From Candidatus Entotheonellaceae bacterium (GTDB taxonomy: Bacteria; Tectomicrobia; Entotheonellia; Entotheonellales; Entotheonellaceae), in assembly GCA_965238075.1 (NCBI GenBank), contig OZ250173.1:2432001-2496000 (forward strand): a DNA stretch of 64,000 nucleotides, given 5' to 3'. Both the position numbers and the translations under genes were made by a program. The notes under the pieces are model-generated. The model worked only from the letters and a program-made list of their open reading frames with translations, had not been told where the DNA came from and searched no databases. This document shows positions 19,131 through 28,719 of this stretch, piece after piece. The number at the start of each line of letters is the position of its first letter. Position 1 is the stretch's first letter.

Positions 19131-20018
19131 TCAGAGAAAAGACCCGTGGGCGATCATCTTCACCCCACCGCCGACCGATACGGTGATGCCGTCGGCGTCA
19201 TCGCTCGCCTTCAGGTAAAGCAGGGAAGGACGGCCCACGGCGTGGCCCTGCTCGACACGAATGTCGATGCGGTCCGAACTGAAATAACGGTGGCGCGTCA
19301 GATACGCCGCCAGACAGCCGTTGGCGCTCCCGGTGGCCGGGTCCTCCGGCACCCCATAATAGTCCGCAAACACCCGCACGCTGAGATCGTTGCGGCGTTG
19401 ATGCGTTTCGGGGCTGAAGACCAGCAGCGCCTTGGCCTGCTCGTCCGCCAGCAGGGCCAGGCAGCGGTCTCGGTCCACCTTGACCTGTTTCAGGGCCGCC
19501 AGGTTCTGCAGCGGCACCACGACGAACGGCAGGCCGGTGGACACCTCCTGCGCCGGGAAGCGCGTATCCAGCGCCGCAACGTCGAGACCGAGCACCGGCG
19601 CCAGGGACTCGGGGGCGAACGTTGCGCCAAACACCGGCGCCGGCTGCCGCATCCACAGGATGTCCGGGTCGTCGATCAGATACGTAAAAGTGACCGGAAT
19701 CGGGCCGACCGGCAGATTCAGGGTGACGGTGTCCACGGGCGTCTTGACAATCTCCTGTTGAATCACGAACGCCGTGCCCAGCGTTGGGTGGCCGGCAAAA
19801 GGGACCTCCGCCTCCGGGGTGAAAATGCGCACGTCGTAACCGCCGTCGCGCGGCTCGCGGGACAGCAGAAAGGTGCTCTCGGAGAAGTGCATTTCCTTGG
19901 CGAGCCGCTGCATGTCCGCACCGGAAAGCGCAGCGGCCTCGGTGAACACCGCAAGCTGGTTGCCGGCGTATTTCTCCTCCGCGAATACGTCCACGATGAA
20001 GAACGGGATGGTTGGCAT
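19131..20018 (-). CDS. PhzF family epimerase/isomerase
   Basis: VDVF..GNQLAV, SESTF, RIFTP.AEVPFAGHPTLG and EDPATGSA. Confidence 0.9.
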   Translation of the reverse strand: MPTIPFFIVDVFAEEKYAGNQLAVFTEAAALSGADMQRLAKEMHFSESTFLLSREPRDGGYDVRIFTPEAEVPFAGHPTLGTAFVIQQEIVKTPVDTVTLNLPVGPIPVTFTYLIDDPDILWMRQPAPVFGATFAPESLAPVLGLDVAALDTRFPAQEVSTGLPFVVVPLQNLAALKQVKVDRDRCLALLADEQAKALLVFSPETHQRRNDLSVRVFADYYGVPEDPATGSANGCLAAYLTRHRYFSSDRIDIRVEQGHAVGRPSLLYLKASDDADGITVSVGGGVKMIAHGSFL

Positions 20019-20068
20019 GTGTGGAACTCCCGGAGAACCAGCAGTCGAAAGGTTCGGTGCTGGTTCTA

Positions 20069-20461
20069 TCATCTGTGCAAAGGAAGCACGAGGTGCATAT
20101 TGAGGCTAGGTAAGTATACATATGGAGGGTACACATAGGGCGTGTGGTGATGCCAGGGCCGATGATGGCGGCGGGACCTGTGACCACGCACGTGGTGCTC
20201 ATTCCGGCGAGGGCCTTGCCGGTGATGTCTACGTCTATCAGGCCCGGCCCAATGACGTCGGTGCCCTTGATGTCTACGCCAGCGAGGGCCGCGTCCATGG
20301 TGTCCGTGCCGCTGATGCCCACGCCAGTGCGGTCCGTGTCCATGATGCACGTGCCTGTATTGTGCGGCCTGTTTTCGCGGGCTTGCGGGTGCCGTCATGG
20401 GTATCGTGAGGAGGAACGCCAGGCAGGCAATGACCAGTCCGTAGAGTCGTTTCCGTGACAT
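20069..20461 (-). CDS. Secreted His/Arg-rich low-complexity protein
   Basis: AAGGAG RBS, a signal peptide, about 24 His in 130 aa and a PYVYPPYVY tail. Confidence 0.7.
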   Translation of the reverse strand: MSRKRLYGLVIACLAFLLTIPMTAPASPRKQAAQYRHVHHGHGPHWRGHQRHGHHGRGPRWRRHQGHRRHWAGPDRRRHHRQGPRRNEHHVRGHRSRRHHRPWHHHTPYVYPPYVYLPSLNMHLVLPLHR

Positions 20462-20645
20462 GTCTGTCTCCTTCTTGGATGATGAGGCCGAGCGGCTTGG
20501 CTGCCGTGTCTGAAAAGGGAGTTCCCCACGTCACAAGAGGCGTCGCTGAAAACCTGGAGAATTTTTTTCTTCAATAAAAATAGCCGGTTAGAGCATTATA
20601 TTTTTTCTCTATGACGTTTCTGGATATCTCGGGGGACTACGTCGT

Positions 20646-21215
20646 ATGGATTGGAACGCGCAGCAGGCTTGTGATAGCGACGTGCGGCGCGCCATGGCAT
20701 CCGGAGCATTTCATCAAGCCCTGGAAACACTCGTGCAAGGGTATCAGCGAGCGGTTGTTGGCTTCTGCGTCAACATGGTCGGCGACATCCACCACGGTGA
20801 GGATATCGCGCAGGATGTGTTTCTGGCTGTGTACAAAGCCATGCCTCGCTTCCGTCAGCAGGCTTCTGTTCGTACCTGGCTATTTGCCATTGCGCGTCGC
20901 CAGTGTCTCAAGGCCATGCGAGATCGACGCCGCCGAAACCGTCTGGCACAGGAACGACAAGAAACGATCGCTGCGACGGCGCACCGCAACGTTCCGGAAA
21001 CGCCCGAGGATGATCCGGAACGGCAACTCCAGCTTGTCAAGCAGGGACTCGCACGCCTCGGCAAACACGAGCGGGCTCTCCTCCTGATGCGTTATGATAC
21101 CGGACTCCTGCTTACCGACGTGGCCCATATTCTCGGGATATCCGAGGCGAGCGTACGGCGGCGCCTGGCACGGGCGCTGCAACATTTGCGGGAGGTCATG
21201 AACGATGCGGCATGA
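20646..21215 (+). CDS. ECF sigma-70 factor
   Basis: Region 2 EDIAQDVFL...TWLFAIARRQC; region 4 DVAHILGISEASVRRRLARA. Confidence 0.88.
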   Translation: MDWNAQQACDSDVRRAMASGAFHQALETLVQGYQRAVVGFCVNMVGDIHHGEDIAQDVFLAVYKAMPRFRQQASVRTWLFAIARRQCLKAMRDRRRRNRLAQERQETIAATAHRNVPETPEDDPERQLQLVKQGLARLGKHERALLLMRYDTGLLLTDVAHILGISEASVRRRLARALQHLREVMNDAA

Positions 21216-21957
21216 TGAATTTGAGCAGCATGAGCGGGCGGCCCGCGACGTCATACACGCCATAGGCCGCGCATCGGATGACATCCAGGTGCCGCCCCAT
21301 TTTGCGGCACAGGTGATGGCCAAGGCGAAGTCCTTGTCGTCTCGTTCCGTCTATTTCCATTGGCGCAGCGTGGCGTTGACCTGGATGTCGTCCAGGCGGT
21401 TCAGAGTCGCCATGGCGCTGGTCTTCGTCCTCGCTCTGAGCGGTGCGATCCCGCAGTATGCCACGTGGTTCAGGGCCTTTACCGCCGGAGTTCCCTCGAC
21501 GGCGCTGCACACGGCGCTTGAGCAGGAACGGTTGTGGGAAAAGAACTTCACTTGCGCCACCAAACTCGACCAGAATTCCAAGGATTACGCGGCCATCACG
21601 GGTGACAACGTGCACGTCGTGGTATGGGCCTGTCCTTCGGGCGACGTGCTCATCACCACGGAGTCGCCGCAGGAAACCGCCTCACCACGCAGCGTCTGGG
21701 TACCGCTGGCCCCTTCGCCGAGCGGGGCAAGTCCCTGGCCGCCGCTGGTTCGGCAGGCCCTTGCCGCTGCCCAGCGCTCGCCCGCAGGCTGGCGGGTGGC
21801 CCGTATCACCCAGGTTCTGTGTCAGAAATGGCTTAGCAACAAACGCATCTTGCGCCGGGTCAGACTCACGGATGGTAGTTGCCGGGACGAGGTCATCAAC
21901 ACGCGAACAGGCAGGGTGGTGCGAAGTCGTCCGGCGCCTTGCAACCCGCAGTGCTAG
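21205..21957 (+). CDS. Putative membrane-bound anti-sigma factor
   Basis: Overlaps the ECF gene. Short cytoplasmic N-terminus, one TM helix and a six-Cys extracytoplasmic region. Confidence 0.65.
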   Translation: MRHDEFEQHERAARDVIHAIGRASDDIQVPPHFAAQVMAKAKSLSSRSVYFHWRSVALTWMSSRRFRVAMALVFVLALSGAIPQYATWFRAFTAGVPSTALHTALEQERLWEKNFTCATKLDQNSKDYAAITGDNVHVVVWACPSGDVLITTESPQETASPRSVWVPLAPSPSGASPWPPLVRQALAAAQRSPAGWRVARITQVLCQKWLSNKRILRRVRLTDGSCRDEVINTRTGRVVRSRPAPCNPQC

Positions 21958-22013
21958 GCGCTGGTAGCGCGAGCGCCTGACCGCCGTTTTCTTTGTCAAA
22001 GACGGGAGCACGT

Positions 22014-22898
22014 ATGGAGTCAGCAGAACGACAGCAGCGCATTCTCGGTGAGACCGACGCCGCGGCTTGGGTGGAGAGCGGCATGACGATTGCCGTCGGC
22101 TCGCCACCTCCCATGGCGCTGGTGCGGCAACTCATCCGGCGTGGCGTCAGCGACCTCACGGTCATCGACAGCGGCCTGTCGCTCGACTTGCTCATCGCCG
22201 GCGGCTGTGTCCGCAAAGCGGTGAGCTATTACGCGGGCGGCGGATTCGGCGTGGCGGTGGCGCCGTCGTTTCGGCGCGCCGTGGAGCAGGGCGAGATCGA
22301 GGTGTGGGAATGCGAAGAGGGCATCCTGGCAACGGCCCTTCAGGCCGCCGCGCAGGCGCTGCCGTTCCTGCCCTGGCGCGGCGGCGTGGGCACATCGATG
22401 CCGCAGGTCAATCCCGACCTGAAGCTCATGACCGACCCCATCGGCGGCGAAACCCTGATCGCTGTGCCGCCGGTCAAGCCCGACGTCACCCTGTTGCACG
22501 CCGCCACCGCCGACCCGTACGGCAACGTGCAGCACATCGGCGGACCGGGCTGGCTCGACCTGTTTCTGCACCGCGCCGCCGACCGTACGATTGTGCAGGT
22601 GGAGCGCATCATCGCCAACGAGGACACCCGCGCCAATCCGTGGGCCACCACCATCCCGAGCGCCGACGCCGTCGTTCGCGCTCCCTACGGCGCGCATCCC
22701 TATTACAGCCGCGGCTTCTACGTGCAGGACCAAGCCCATCTGCAAGCCTACGTAGCGGCTGCCAACGCGGCGGCGCGCGACAACCGCCCCGACGACCTGG
22801 TGCACTATCTGGCCACCTACTGCCGCGCGCCGACAACCCACGCCGACTACCTGGAACGCGTCGGCATCAAGCGCCTACTCTCCCTGTATGAGTACTGA
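22014..22898 (+). CDS. CoA-transferase fold alpha subunit (GctA/IpdA-like)
   Basis: SGMTIAVG, PMALVRQLIR, EEG..ALQAAAQALPFLP, ADPYGN and APYGAHP. Confidence 0.85.
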   Translation: MESAERQQRILGETDAAAWVESGMTIAVGSPPPMALVRQLIRRGVSDLTVIDSGLSLDLLIAGGCVRKAVSYYAGGGFGVAVAPSFRRAVEQGEIEVWECEEGILATALQAAAQALPFLPWRGGVGTSMPQVNPDLKLMTDPIGGETLIAVPPVKPDVTLLHAATADPYGNVQHIGGPGWLDLFLHRAADRTIVQVERIIANEDTRANPWATTIPSADAVVRAPYGAHPYYSRGFYVQDQAHLQAYVAAANAAARDNRPDDLVHYLATYCRAPTTHADYLERVGIKRLLSLYEY

Positions 22899-22912
22899 AA
22901 CGTGAGGAAGCC

Positions 22913-23716
22913 ATGTCACAAGACTATACGCCGCAAGAGCTGATGGCTGTGTTTCTGGCGCGCGATTTGCGCGACGGCGAGGTGTTGCGCGTGGGGGTGG
23001 CGATGCCGGTGGTGGAGGCCGCGGTGCGTCTGGCGCACGTGATGCACGGGCCGAACATGGAGTTGATCTTTCTCGGCACGCGCATGAACGTGGCGCATTT
23101 GCACAACCTGCCGATGCCGGCTTTCGGCTGGGACCGCCGCGTGGTGCGCTGGGCGGAATCCTACAGCGATACGGGGCATCGCTTCGACAGGGTAAAGGAC
23201 TGGCACAGCCACGTGTTCTTCATCGGCGGGGTTCAGGTGGATCGGTTTGGCAACAGCAATCTGATCGGCGTCGGCCCGGACTATCGACGGCTGCGGTTTC
23301 GCGGGCCGGGACCGGTAGGCACGGCGACGCTGACGACACACGTCGGGCGTTACTACATCGTGCTCAATTCCCATACGCCGCGCACGCTGGTGGAGCGTTG
23401 CGATTACGTCAGCGCCTTCGGATGGGGGACGGGCGGCGCGGATGCGCGCCGGCAACTCGGCCTGCCGGGCGGCGGCCCGAAGTACTGCGTGACGCCGTTG
23501 TGCGTGATGGATTTCGCCGAGGACGACAAGCACATGCGCTTGCACACCTTGCATCCCGGTGTTTCGCAGGCCGACGTGCAGGCCCGGACCGGCTTTGATC
23601 TCACGACGCCGGAACCCGTTCCCGCCACTCCGCAGCCCACGCTAGAGGAACTGCACGTGCTGCGCACACGGGTCGACCTCGCCGGCCTGTTGCGCCGCTC
23701 AACCAAGGGAGAGTGA
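22913..23716 (+). CDS. CoA-transferase fold beta subunit (GctB/IpdB-like)
   Basis: QVDRFGNSN, GPG, CDYVSA.G, TPLCVMDF and LHPGVS...TGF. Confidence 0.85.
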   Translation: MSQDYTPQELMAVFLARDLRDGEVLRVGVAMPVVEAAVRLAHVMHGPNMELIFLGTRMNVAHLHNLPMPAFGWDRRVVRWAESYSDTGHRFDRVKDWHSHVFFIGGVQVDRFGNSNLIGVGPDYRRLRFRGPGPVGTATLTTHVGRYYIVLNSHTPRTLVERCDYVSAFGWGTGGADARRQLGLPGGGPKYCVTPLCVMDFAEDDKHMRLHTLHPGVSQADVQARTGFDLTTPEPVPATPQPTLEELHVLRTRVDLAGLLRRSTKGE

Positions 23717-23717
23717 C

Positions 23718-24101
23718 ATGGCGGAAGAATTTGTCCGTAGGGAGCAGTTCGAGGAATACACAGTTCGCATGGATGAGCGCTTCTTGAGTGTCGAGAAACG
23801 TATGGAACAGGGCTTTGCCCACGCTGAGAAAGCGCGAGAGCAGAATGTTGTTCACCTCAATCAGCGTTTCGACGATCTGAAGGAGCACTTCAATCAACGC
23901 TTCGATGATCTGAAGGAGAGCTTCAACCAGCGCTTCGATGGTCTGAAGGAGAGCATTGATCAGCGCTTTGACAGCGTTAACCAGCGTATTGATGATCTGC
24001 GGGCAGACATTCGCAGTCTGCGAACGTTGATTTTGGGACTGCACACCCCTGTTGTCCTTGCCATTTTGGGGGCGGCGGTGAAGTACCTGTTTTTTCAGTA
24101 G
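23718..24101 (+). CDS. Coiled-coil protein with 11-aa repeats and a C-terminal membrane anchor
   Basis: NQRFDDLKEHF/NQRFDDLKESF/NQRFDGLKESI repeats followed by a hydrophobic tail. Confidence 0.8.
   Translation: MAEEFVRREQFEEYTVRMDERFLSVEKRMEQGFAHAEKAREQNVVHLNQRFDDLKEHFNQRFDDLKESFNQRFDGLKESIDQRFDSVNQRIDDLRADIRSLRTLILGLHTPVVLAILGAAVKYLFFQ
23859..23972 (+). repeat. Coding 33-bp tandem repeat (about 3.5 units)
   Basis: aatcagcgtttcgacgatctgaaggagcacttc / aatcaacgcttcgatgatctgaaggagagcttc / aaccagcgcttcgatggtctgaaggagagcatt. Confidence 0.8.
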
Positions 24102-24158
24102 CCGCCGTAGACCATCCGCCGCTGACGTTCTCCTCAGTTCACATGGTCCGACGTGCCT

Positions 24159-25028
24159 TCAAGCCACCGGCTGCAAGCCGAAATCGTAGGTCACCAGGGC
24201 ATATCCCTCCGTCACCCCGTACGCCGTCGCCTCTTTGGCGGATTCGATGCGCCGGAAATCAACGAGCAGCGGTTCCCTGACGCCAAACACCGCGTCGGCG
24301 TCGATGTGGGCGTCGTCCGCGACGAACAGCTCGGTGACCAGTGGCTGATACCCCGCCGCGCTGATCCTGAAATGGATGTGCGCGGGCCGCCAGGCGTGCC
24401 GCCCGAGAGCCTGCAGCATCGTGCCGACGGGGCCGTCGTACGGCACCGTGTAGGCAATCGGCTTGATGGTGGTGAAGCGGTAACGCCCCTCGTCGTCGGT
24501 GAGCATTTTGCCGCGCAGATTACCGGGTGCGTGCTCCGGGTCCTCGCTCTCATACAGCCCGTTGGCGGCGTTCTGCCAGATTTCCAGGCAAGCGCCGGCA
24601 ATGGGCGCGCCCTGCGGCGTGGTCACACGCCCCGCCACCACCACCGGCTCACCGTCGTTGTCCCCGATGAGGTCACCCCCGACCTCAAGGGGTTGCATGC
24701 GTTCTCCATTGATGTAGAACGGCCCCAGCAGGCTCGAGGTCGTGGCGCCGCCGCCGGCGCGGTTGTGCGACAGATCGACCAGTGCCGAAATCCCCAGCGT
24801 GTCCGAAGCCAGGATGAACTCGTTGCGGTCGGTCTTGGTGGCCTCCCCCACGCGTGCCAGGAACTCTATGGCCGCCATCCACTCGTCCGGCGTCAGCTCC
24901 ACCTCGCGCGCGAAGGCGTGCAGGTGGCTGATCAGGCTCGTGGTAATCTGCCTGAGGCGCGGCTCGGTGGTGTCGGCGATCGTCTGTAACACCGCCTCGG
25001 TGATCGTATCTGCAGTGACGTTGCGCAT
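24159..25028 (-). CDS. Intradiol ring-cleavage dioxygenase (hydroxyquinol/catechol 1,2-dioxygenase-like)
   Basis: EFILASDTLG, LGPFY, WQNAANGLY, AYTVPYDGPVG and WRPAHIHF (Tyr/Tyr/His/His iron ligands). Confidence 0.9.
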   Translation of the reverse strand: MRNVTADTITEAVLQTIADTTEPRLRQITTSLISHLHAFAREVELTPDEWMAAIEFLARVGEATKTDRNEFILASDTLGISALVDLSHNRAGGGATTSSLLGPFYINGERMQPLEVGGDLIGDNDGEPVVVAGRVTTPQGAPIAGACLEIWQNAANGLYESEDPEHAPGNLRGKMLTDDEGRYRFTTIKPIAYTVPYDGPVGTMLQALGRHAWRPAHIHFRISAAGYQPLVTELFVADDAHIDADAVFGVREPLLVDFRRIESAKEATAYGVTEGYALVTYDFGLQPVA

Positions 25029-25042
25029 GCCTGCGGTCCTCC

Positions 25043-25330
25043 CTATCCCTGGGTCTCGCCGTGCTCGTGCAGCCAGCCGTCGCCCTCGGCCTGGTCCAGC
25101 GTGGCGAGGATTTTGTGGGCCAGTTGCCGTGCTGATTCCGGCGTCAACTCGACCGCCACACGGGCGCCCGGCCCCGCCGCCTCGTTGACGAAATCGATAT
25201 TGAGCGCGTGCTCCAACCGGATATGAAACGGGTGATCGTAGGTGACATTGGCGGCGCTCAGCTCGAACCAGCCCCCGGTGCCTTTGCCGCTGCCGAAAAT
25301 CCTCGCCTGATGGGAAATCATCGTACACAT
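25043..25330 (-). CDS. DUF6295-like small protein
   Basis: MCTMI..GSGKG..GWF...YDHPFH..LEHALNIDF..ARVAVEL. Confidence 0.7.
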   Translation of the reverse strand: MCTMISHQARIFGSGKGTGGWFELSAANVTYDHPFHIRLEHALNIDFVNEAAGPGARVAVELTPESARQLAHKILATLDQAEGDGWLHEHGETQG

Positions 25331-25352
25331 CGTTGCGCTCCTTGCCGGGTGC

Positions 25353-26111
25353 CTACGTGCTGAGGTGGGTTGCGAGAAAGGTGAAGACCTTCTGCCAGCC
25401 GTCGACCGCCTGCTCCTGCCGATAGGCGGGCCGGTCGTAGTAGAAGAAGCCGTGGCCGGCGCCGGCGTAGCGGTGAAACTCGTATGCTTTGCCGTGTGCC
25501 TTCAGCGCTGCCTCGTGCTCGTCCACCTGCGCCAGTGTGGGCGCCTGATCTTCCTCGCCGAACAGGCCGAGAAGCGGACACATCAAGTCTTTCGTATAGT
25601 CGATCGGCGCCACCGGCTGCTTGGCCGTCAACTCTTCCTGACCCATGACCACACGGCCGCCCCAGCAGTCGATGGCGGCGTCGAAGCCCGCTACTCGGCT
25701 GGCCACCAGCACCGTCTGGCGTCCGCCCGAACAGGTGCCGAAGACGCCAACCTTGCCGTTGCACGTGGGCAGCGAGCGCAGGTACTGCATGGCGCCCCCA
25801 ACGTCGCCCATGGCCTGCTCGTCTGCTACGCCCCCGGCGGCGCGCACCTTGGCCGCCACGTCTTCCGGGCTGCCGTGTCCTTCGCGGGAGTAGAGGTTGG
25901 GGGACAGCGCCAGATAGCCGTGGTGGGCGAATTTGCGGGTCGCCTCCCGGTACCACTCGTCCCAGCCGGGTAAGTGATGGATCAGCACGATGCCGGGGAA
26001 CGGTCCAGCTCCCAGCGGTCGGGCGAAGTAGGCGTTGATGACGTCCCCGTTGGCCCCGTGCATGGTGATGGTTTCCGCCACCATGCCCTCGTACATGTCT
26101 GTCTGATACAT
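25353..26111 (-). CDS. Dienelactone hydrolase family protein
   Basis: Nucleophile motif GTCSGG, FGEED and YAGAGHGF. CAGGAGG RBS. Confidence 0.88.
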   Translation of the reverse strand: MYQTDMYEGMVAETITMHGANGDVINAYFARPLGAGPFPGIVLIHHLPGWDEWYREATRKFAHHGYLALSPNLYSREGHGSPEDVAAKVRAAGGVADEQAMGDVGGAMQYLRSLPTCNGKVGVFGTCSGGRQTVLVASRVAGFDAAIDCWGGRVVMGQEELTAKQPVAPIDYTKDLMCPLLGLFGEEDQAPTLAQVDEHEAALKAHGKAYEFHRYAGAGHGFFYYDRPAYRQEQAVDGWQKVFTFLATHLST

Positions 26112-26246
26112 AAAGGCACCTCCTGCGTGAGCGCGCTTTCGGATGGGGTAAAGAGGCGGGTACCTTGTCACAAATCACCCCTGGAAGCAAAGCCGGAATG
26201 GCGCCCCGATCCGCTCCCGCGGCCGCCGGGTGAGGGAATTGCTGCT

Positions 26247-26285
26247 CCCTCTCCCCCGGCGGGAGAAGGTTGGGGCGAGGGGGGG
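26247..26285 (+). repeat. CCCTCTCCC..GGGAGA palindromic repeat, copy 2
   Basis: CCCTCTCCCCCGGCGGGAGAAGGTTGGGGCGAGGGGG; same layout as the copies at 13089 and 41644. Confidence 0.6.
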
Positions 26286-26426
26286 AAATCTGGGGTGAGA
26301 CACGACCGGTTGACGGCATGACTTTCAGGGGCTTATCCAGTATAGTCAGCCGCGCACGCCAGCGAGCCGCCAGCGTGTCTATCGTTCAATAAAGACGCCG
26401 ATTACTTGTGAGCTAGGAGAGCCGGT

Positions 26427-27608
26427 ATGAAGGAAGCCGTTATCGTGTCGACCGCCCGCACGGGGCTGGCCAAATCCTATCGCGGATCGTTCAACAACCT
26501 CGAGGTGCCCAGCATGGTTGCGCCGGTTATCCAGGCGGTCATCGAGCGTGCCGGGGTCGAGCCTGGGGAGGTCGAGGACGTGGTCATGGGGGCGGCCATT
26601 CAGCAGGGAACGCAGGGGTACAACTATGCCCGGCAGTGCGCCATTGCCGCCGGCCTGCCGGTGACCACCGCGGGCATGAGCGTCGACCGCCAGTGCTCCT
26701 CCGGCATGATGGCGATCGCCACGGCTGCCAAGAGCGTTATGGTCGATGACGTGCCCATCGCCGTGGCCGGCGGCGCCGAGTCCATCAGCCTCGTGCAGAA
26801 TGAGCATGCTAATGCCTATCGTCGGAAAGACCCGCTGGTCATGCAACTCCGTCCCGAGACCTACATGAGCATGATCGACACCGCCGAGGTAGTGGCCGAC
26901 CGCTACCGGGTGAGCCGCGAGGTGCAGGACGAATACGCCCTGGAAAGCCAGAACCGTACCGTCGCGGCTCAGGCGGCGGGGAAATTCGACGATGAGATCA
27001 TCCCCATCAATACCAGTATGGCGGTGGTCGACAGGGAAACCAAGGAAATCTCCTACAAGGACGTGACGGTTACCCAGGATGAATGTAATCGCCCCGGCAC
27101 CACGTTGGAAGGGCTGTCGAGCCTCAAGTCGGTGCGCGACGGCGGTACCGTGACGGCCGGCAACGCCAGTCAGCTATCAGACGGCGCCTCGGCGGTGCTG
27201 GTGATGGACGCCAAGCTGGCCGAGAAGCGCGGCCTGCAGCCCCTGGGCATCTATCACGGCGTGGCGGTGTCCGGTTGCGAGCCGGATGAGATGGGCATTG
27301 GCCCGGTTTTCGCGGTGCCGCGCCTGCTGGAACGCAAAGGGCTGAAGATGGATGACATCGATCTGTGGGAACTCAACGAGGCGTTCGCGGTGCAGACCGT
27401 GTATTGCCGCGACCGGCTGGGCATTCCCATGGAACGCCTTAACGTCAACGGCGGGTCGATTTCCATCGGCCATCCCTACGGCATGACTGGCGCCCGCCTT
27501 GTTGGCCATGCGCTCATTGAAGGCAAGCGGCGCGGCGCCAAATATGTGGTCGTGACCATGTGCATCGGTGGCGGCATGGGCGCAGCCGGCCTGTTCGAGA
27601 TCGCCTGA
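26427..27608 (+). CDS. Acetyl-CoA C-acyltransferase (thiolase)
   Basis: [30 protein letters not shown] and MCIGGGMG. Confidence 0.95.
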   Translation: MKEAVIVSTARTGLAKSYRGSFNNLEVPSMVAPVIQAVIERAGVEPGEVEDVVMGAAIQQGTQGYNYARQCAIAAGLPVTTAGMSVDRQCSSGMMAIATAAKSVMVDDVPIAVAGGAESISLVQNEHANAYRRKDPLVMQLRPETYMSMIDTAEVVADRYRVSREVQDEYALESQNRTVAAQAAGKFDDEIIPINTSMAVVDRETKEISYKDVTVTQDECNRPGTTLEGLSSLKSVRDGGTVTAGNASQLSDGASAVLVMDAKLAEKRGLQPLGIYHGVAVSGCEPDEMGIGPVFAVPRLLERKGLKMDDIDLWELNEAFAVQTVYCRDRLGIPMERLNVNGGSISIGHPYGMTGARLVGHALIEGKRRGAKYVVVTMCIGGGMGAAGLFEIA

Positions 27609-27717
27609 GAAGCATCGCAACCGGGGCGAGCGTCACGGAACGGCCTCGCCCTGCAACCCGATTGCAGCCGACCTTGCCGTCTGTATGCGCCCGCAAGCTG
27701 TGGCGAAGGAGAAAAAC

Positions 27718-28143
27718 ATGCTCAAGAAATGGGTCTTCGTCTTGCTGCCGTTGTTGGCATTTGGATGTGCCGGCTCTCCAGGCCGGGTGTTGCTTACGAA
27801 GTCCGATAAGCTGCAAGCCGTTTCCACGCTCGACCTCTGCAAATCCTACTTCCTGCGGCCTGCCGCCAAGTTGAAGCTCGAGTTGAAGGAACGGAACGAA
27901 TTCACATCCGAGGAGTGGTCTTTCATTGACCAGCAGAAGATTTACATCGACATGCGAGAGGTGGCGCTGGTGTGCGCGTGGGGGCATCCGGGGTTGTTCG
28001 GTTCGGTATCCGAGTCCGTGAGCGACGAGGTCGTTCATAAACAGTGGGTGTACCGCGCTTGCCCAGGGTGCAAGGCGCTGTACGTGTACACGGAGAACGG
28101 CAAGGTAACGAGTTGGCAGAACGTCAAGGCGCAGTCGCAGTGA
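27718..28143 (+). CDS. Lipoprotein, hypothetical
   Basis: AAGGAG RBS; lipobox MLKKWVFVLLPLLAFGC. Confidence 0.7.
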   Translation: MLKKWVFVLLPLLAFGCAGSPGRVLLTKSDKLQAVSTLDLCKSYFLRPAAKLKLELKERNEFTSEEWSFIDQQKIYIDMREVALVCAWGHPGLFGSVSESVSDEVVHKQWVYRACPGCKALYVYTENGKVTSWQNVKAQSQ

Positions 28144-28157
28144 CGGCACTTGGCGTC

Positions 28158-28420
28158 CTAAAACGACACGCATGCCGCCGTGATGACACGCAGAACGGAC
28201 TCCTGGCCCAACGCACGTTTGTACGCCTCCGTAATCTCCTCCGTCCGCCGCGTCCCGTCGGCCTCCGGCTTGGCCAGAATGAGCACCAGCTTCGTTCGCT
28301 CCCGTACGATCGTGCCCGACCCGTCGCGCCATTGTCTCGCAGCGTCCAGGACGGTCAGGCCGTCGGAGAAACGCGGCGTGATCTCGTCAGCCAGAAACGC
28401 CAGCCAAGCCGCAAGGTCTC
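28158..28420 (-). pseudogene. 5'-truncated DUF3574-like gene
   Basis: W.AFLADEITPRFSDGLTVLDA..QWR...YKR..GQESVLRV...CVSF. No plausible start or signal peptide; the 5' boundary is approximate. Confidence 0.6.
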
Positions 28421-28429
28421 CTGCAAGTC

Positions 28430-28681
28430 TCACGGGGCCTGTTTTGCGTCGGCGTTGTAGACCGTCAGGGCTTCCATGGCCAGTTCGGCGGGGTGCTTGA
28501 TGACTTCGAGTTCCGTATCGGGCGATACCGCGACGCCGCCTCGGGTGGCGAAGGTCACCCGGCAACCGCCGCCTTGCTTGGTGAGAACCCCGACTTGGCC
28601 GTCAGGCAAGCGCACGAGAGTCCAATCGCTCAGGTACTTGGCGGTTACCAGTCGGTCTTTTCGCGGTGCCATGATTTGCAT
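28430..28681 (-). CDS. Hypothetical protein (about 80 aa)
   Basis: MQIMAPRKDRLVTAKYLSDWTLVRLPDG...; operon-like spacing with the upstream gene. Confidence 0.55.
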   Translation of the reverse strand: MQIMAPRKDRLVTAKYLSDWTLVRLPDGQVGVLTKQGGGCRVTFATRGGVAVSPDTELEVIKHPAELAMEALTVYNADAKQAP

Positions 28682-28719
28682 CCCACCTGTTTCGATACCA
28701 TTTCCAGGTCGCCGTTCCG

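Noticed and set aside
19198-20343. 381-aa ORF with apparent GVDI/GTD repeats
   Set aside because: Shadow frame spanning the His-rich gene and phzF; no RBS or family motifs.
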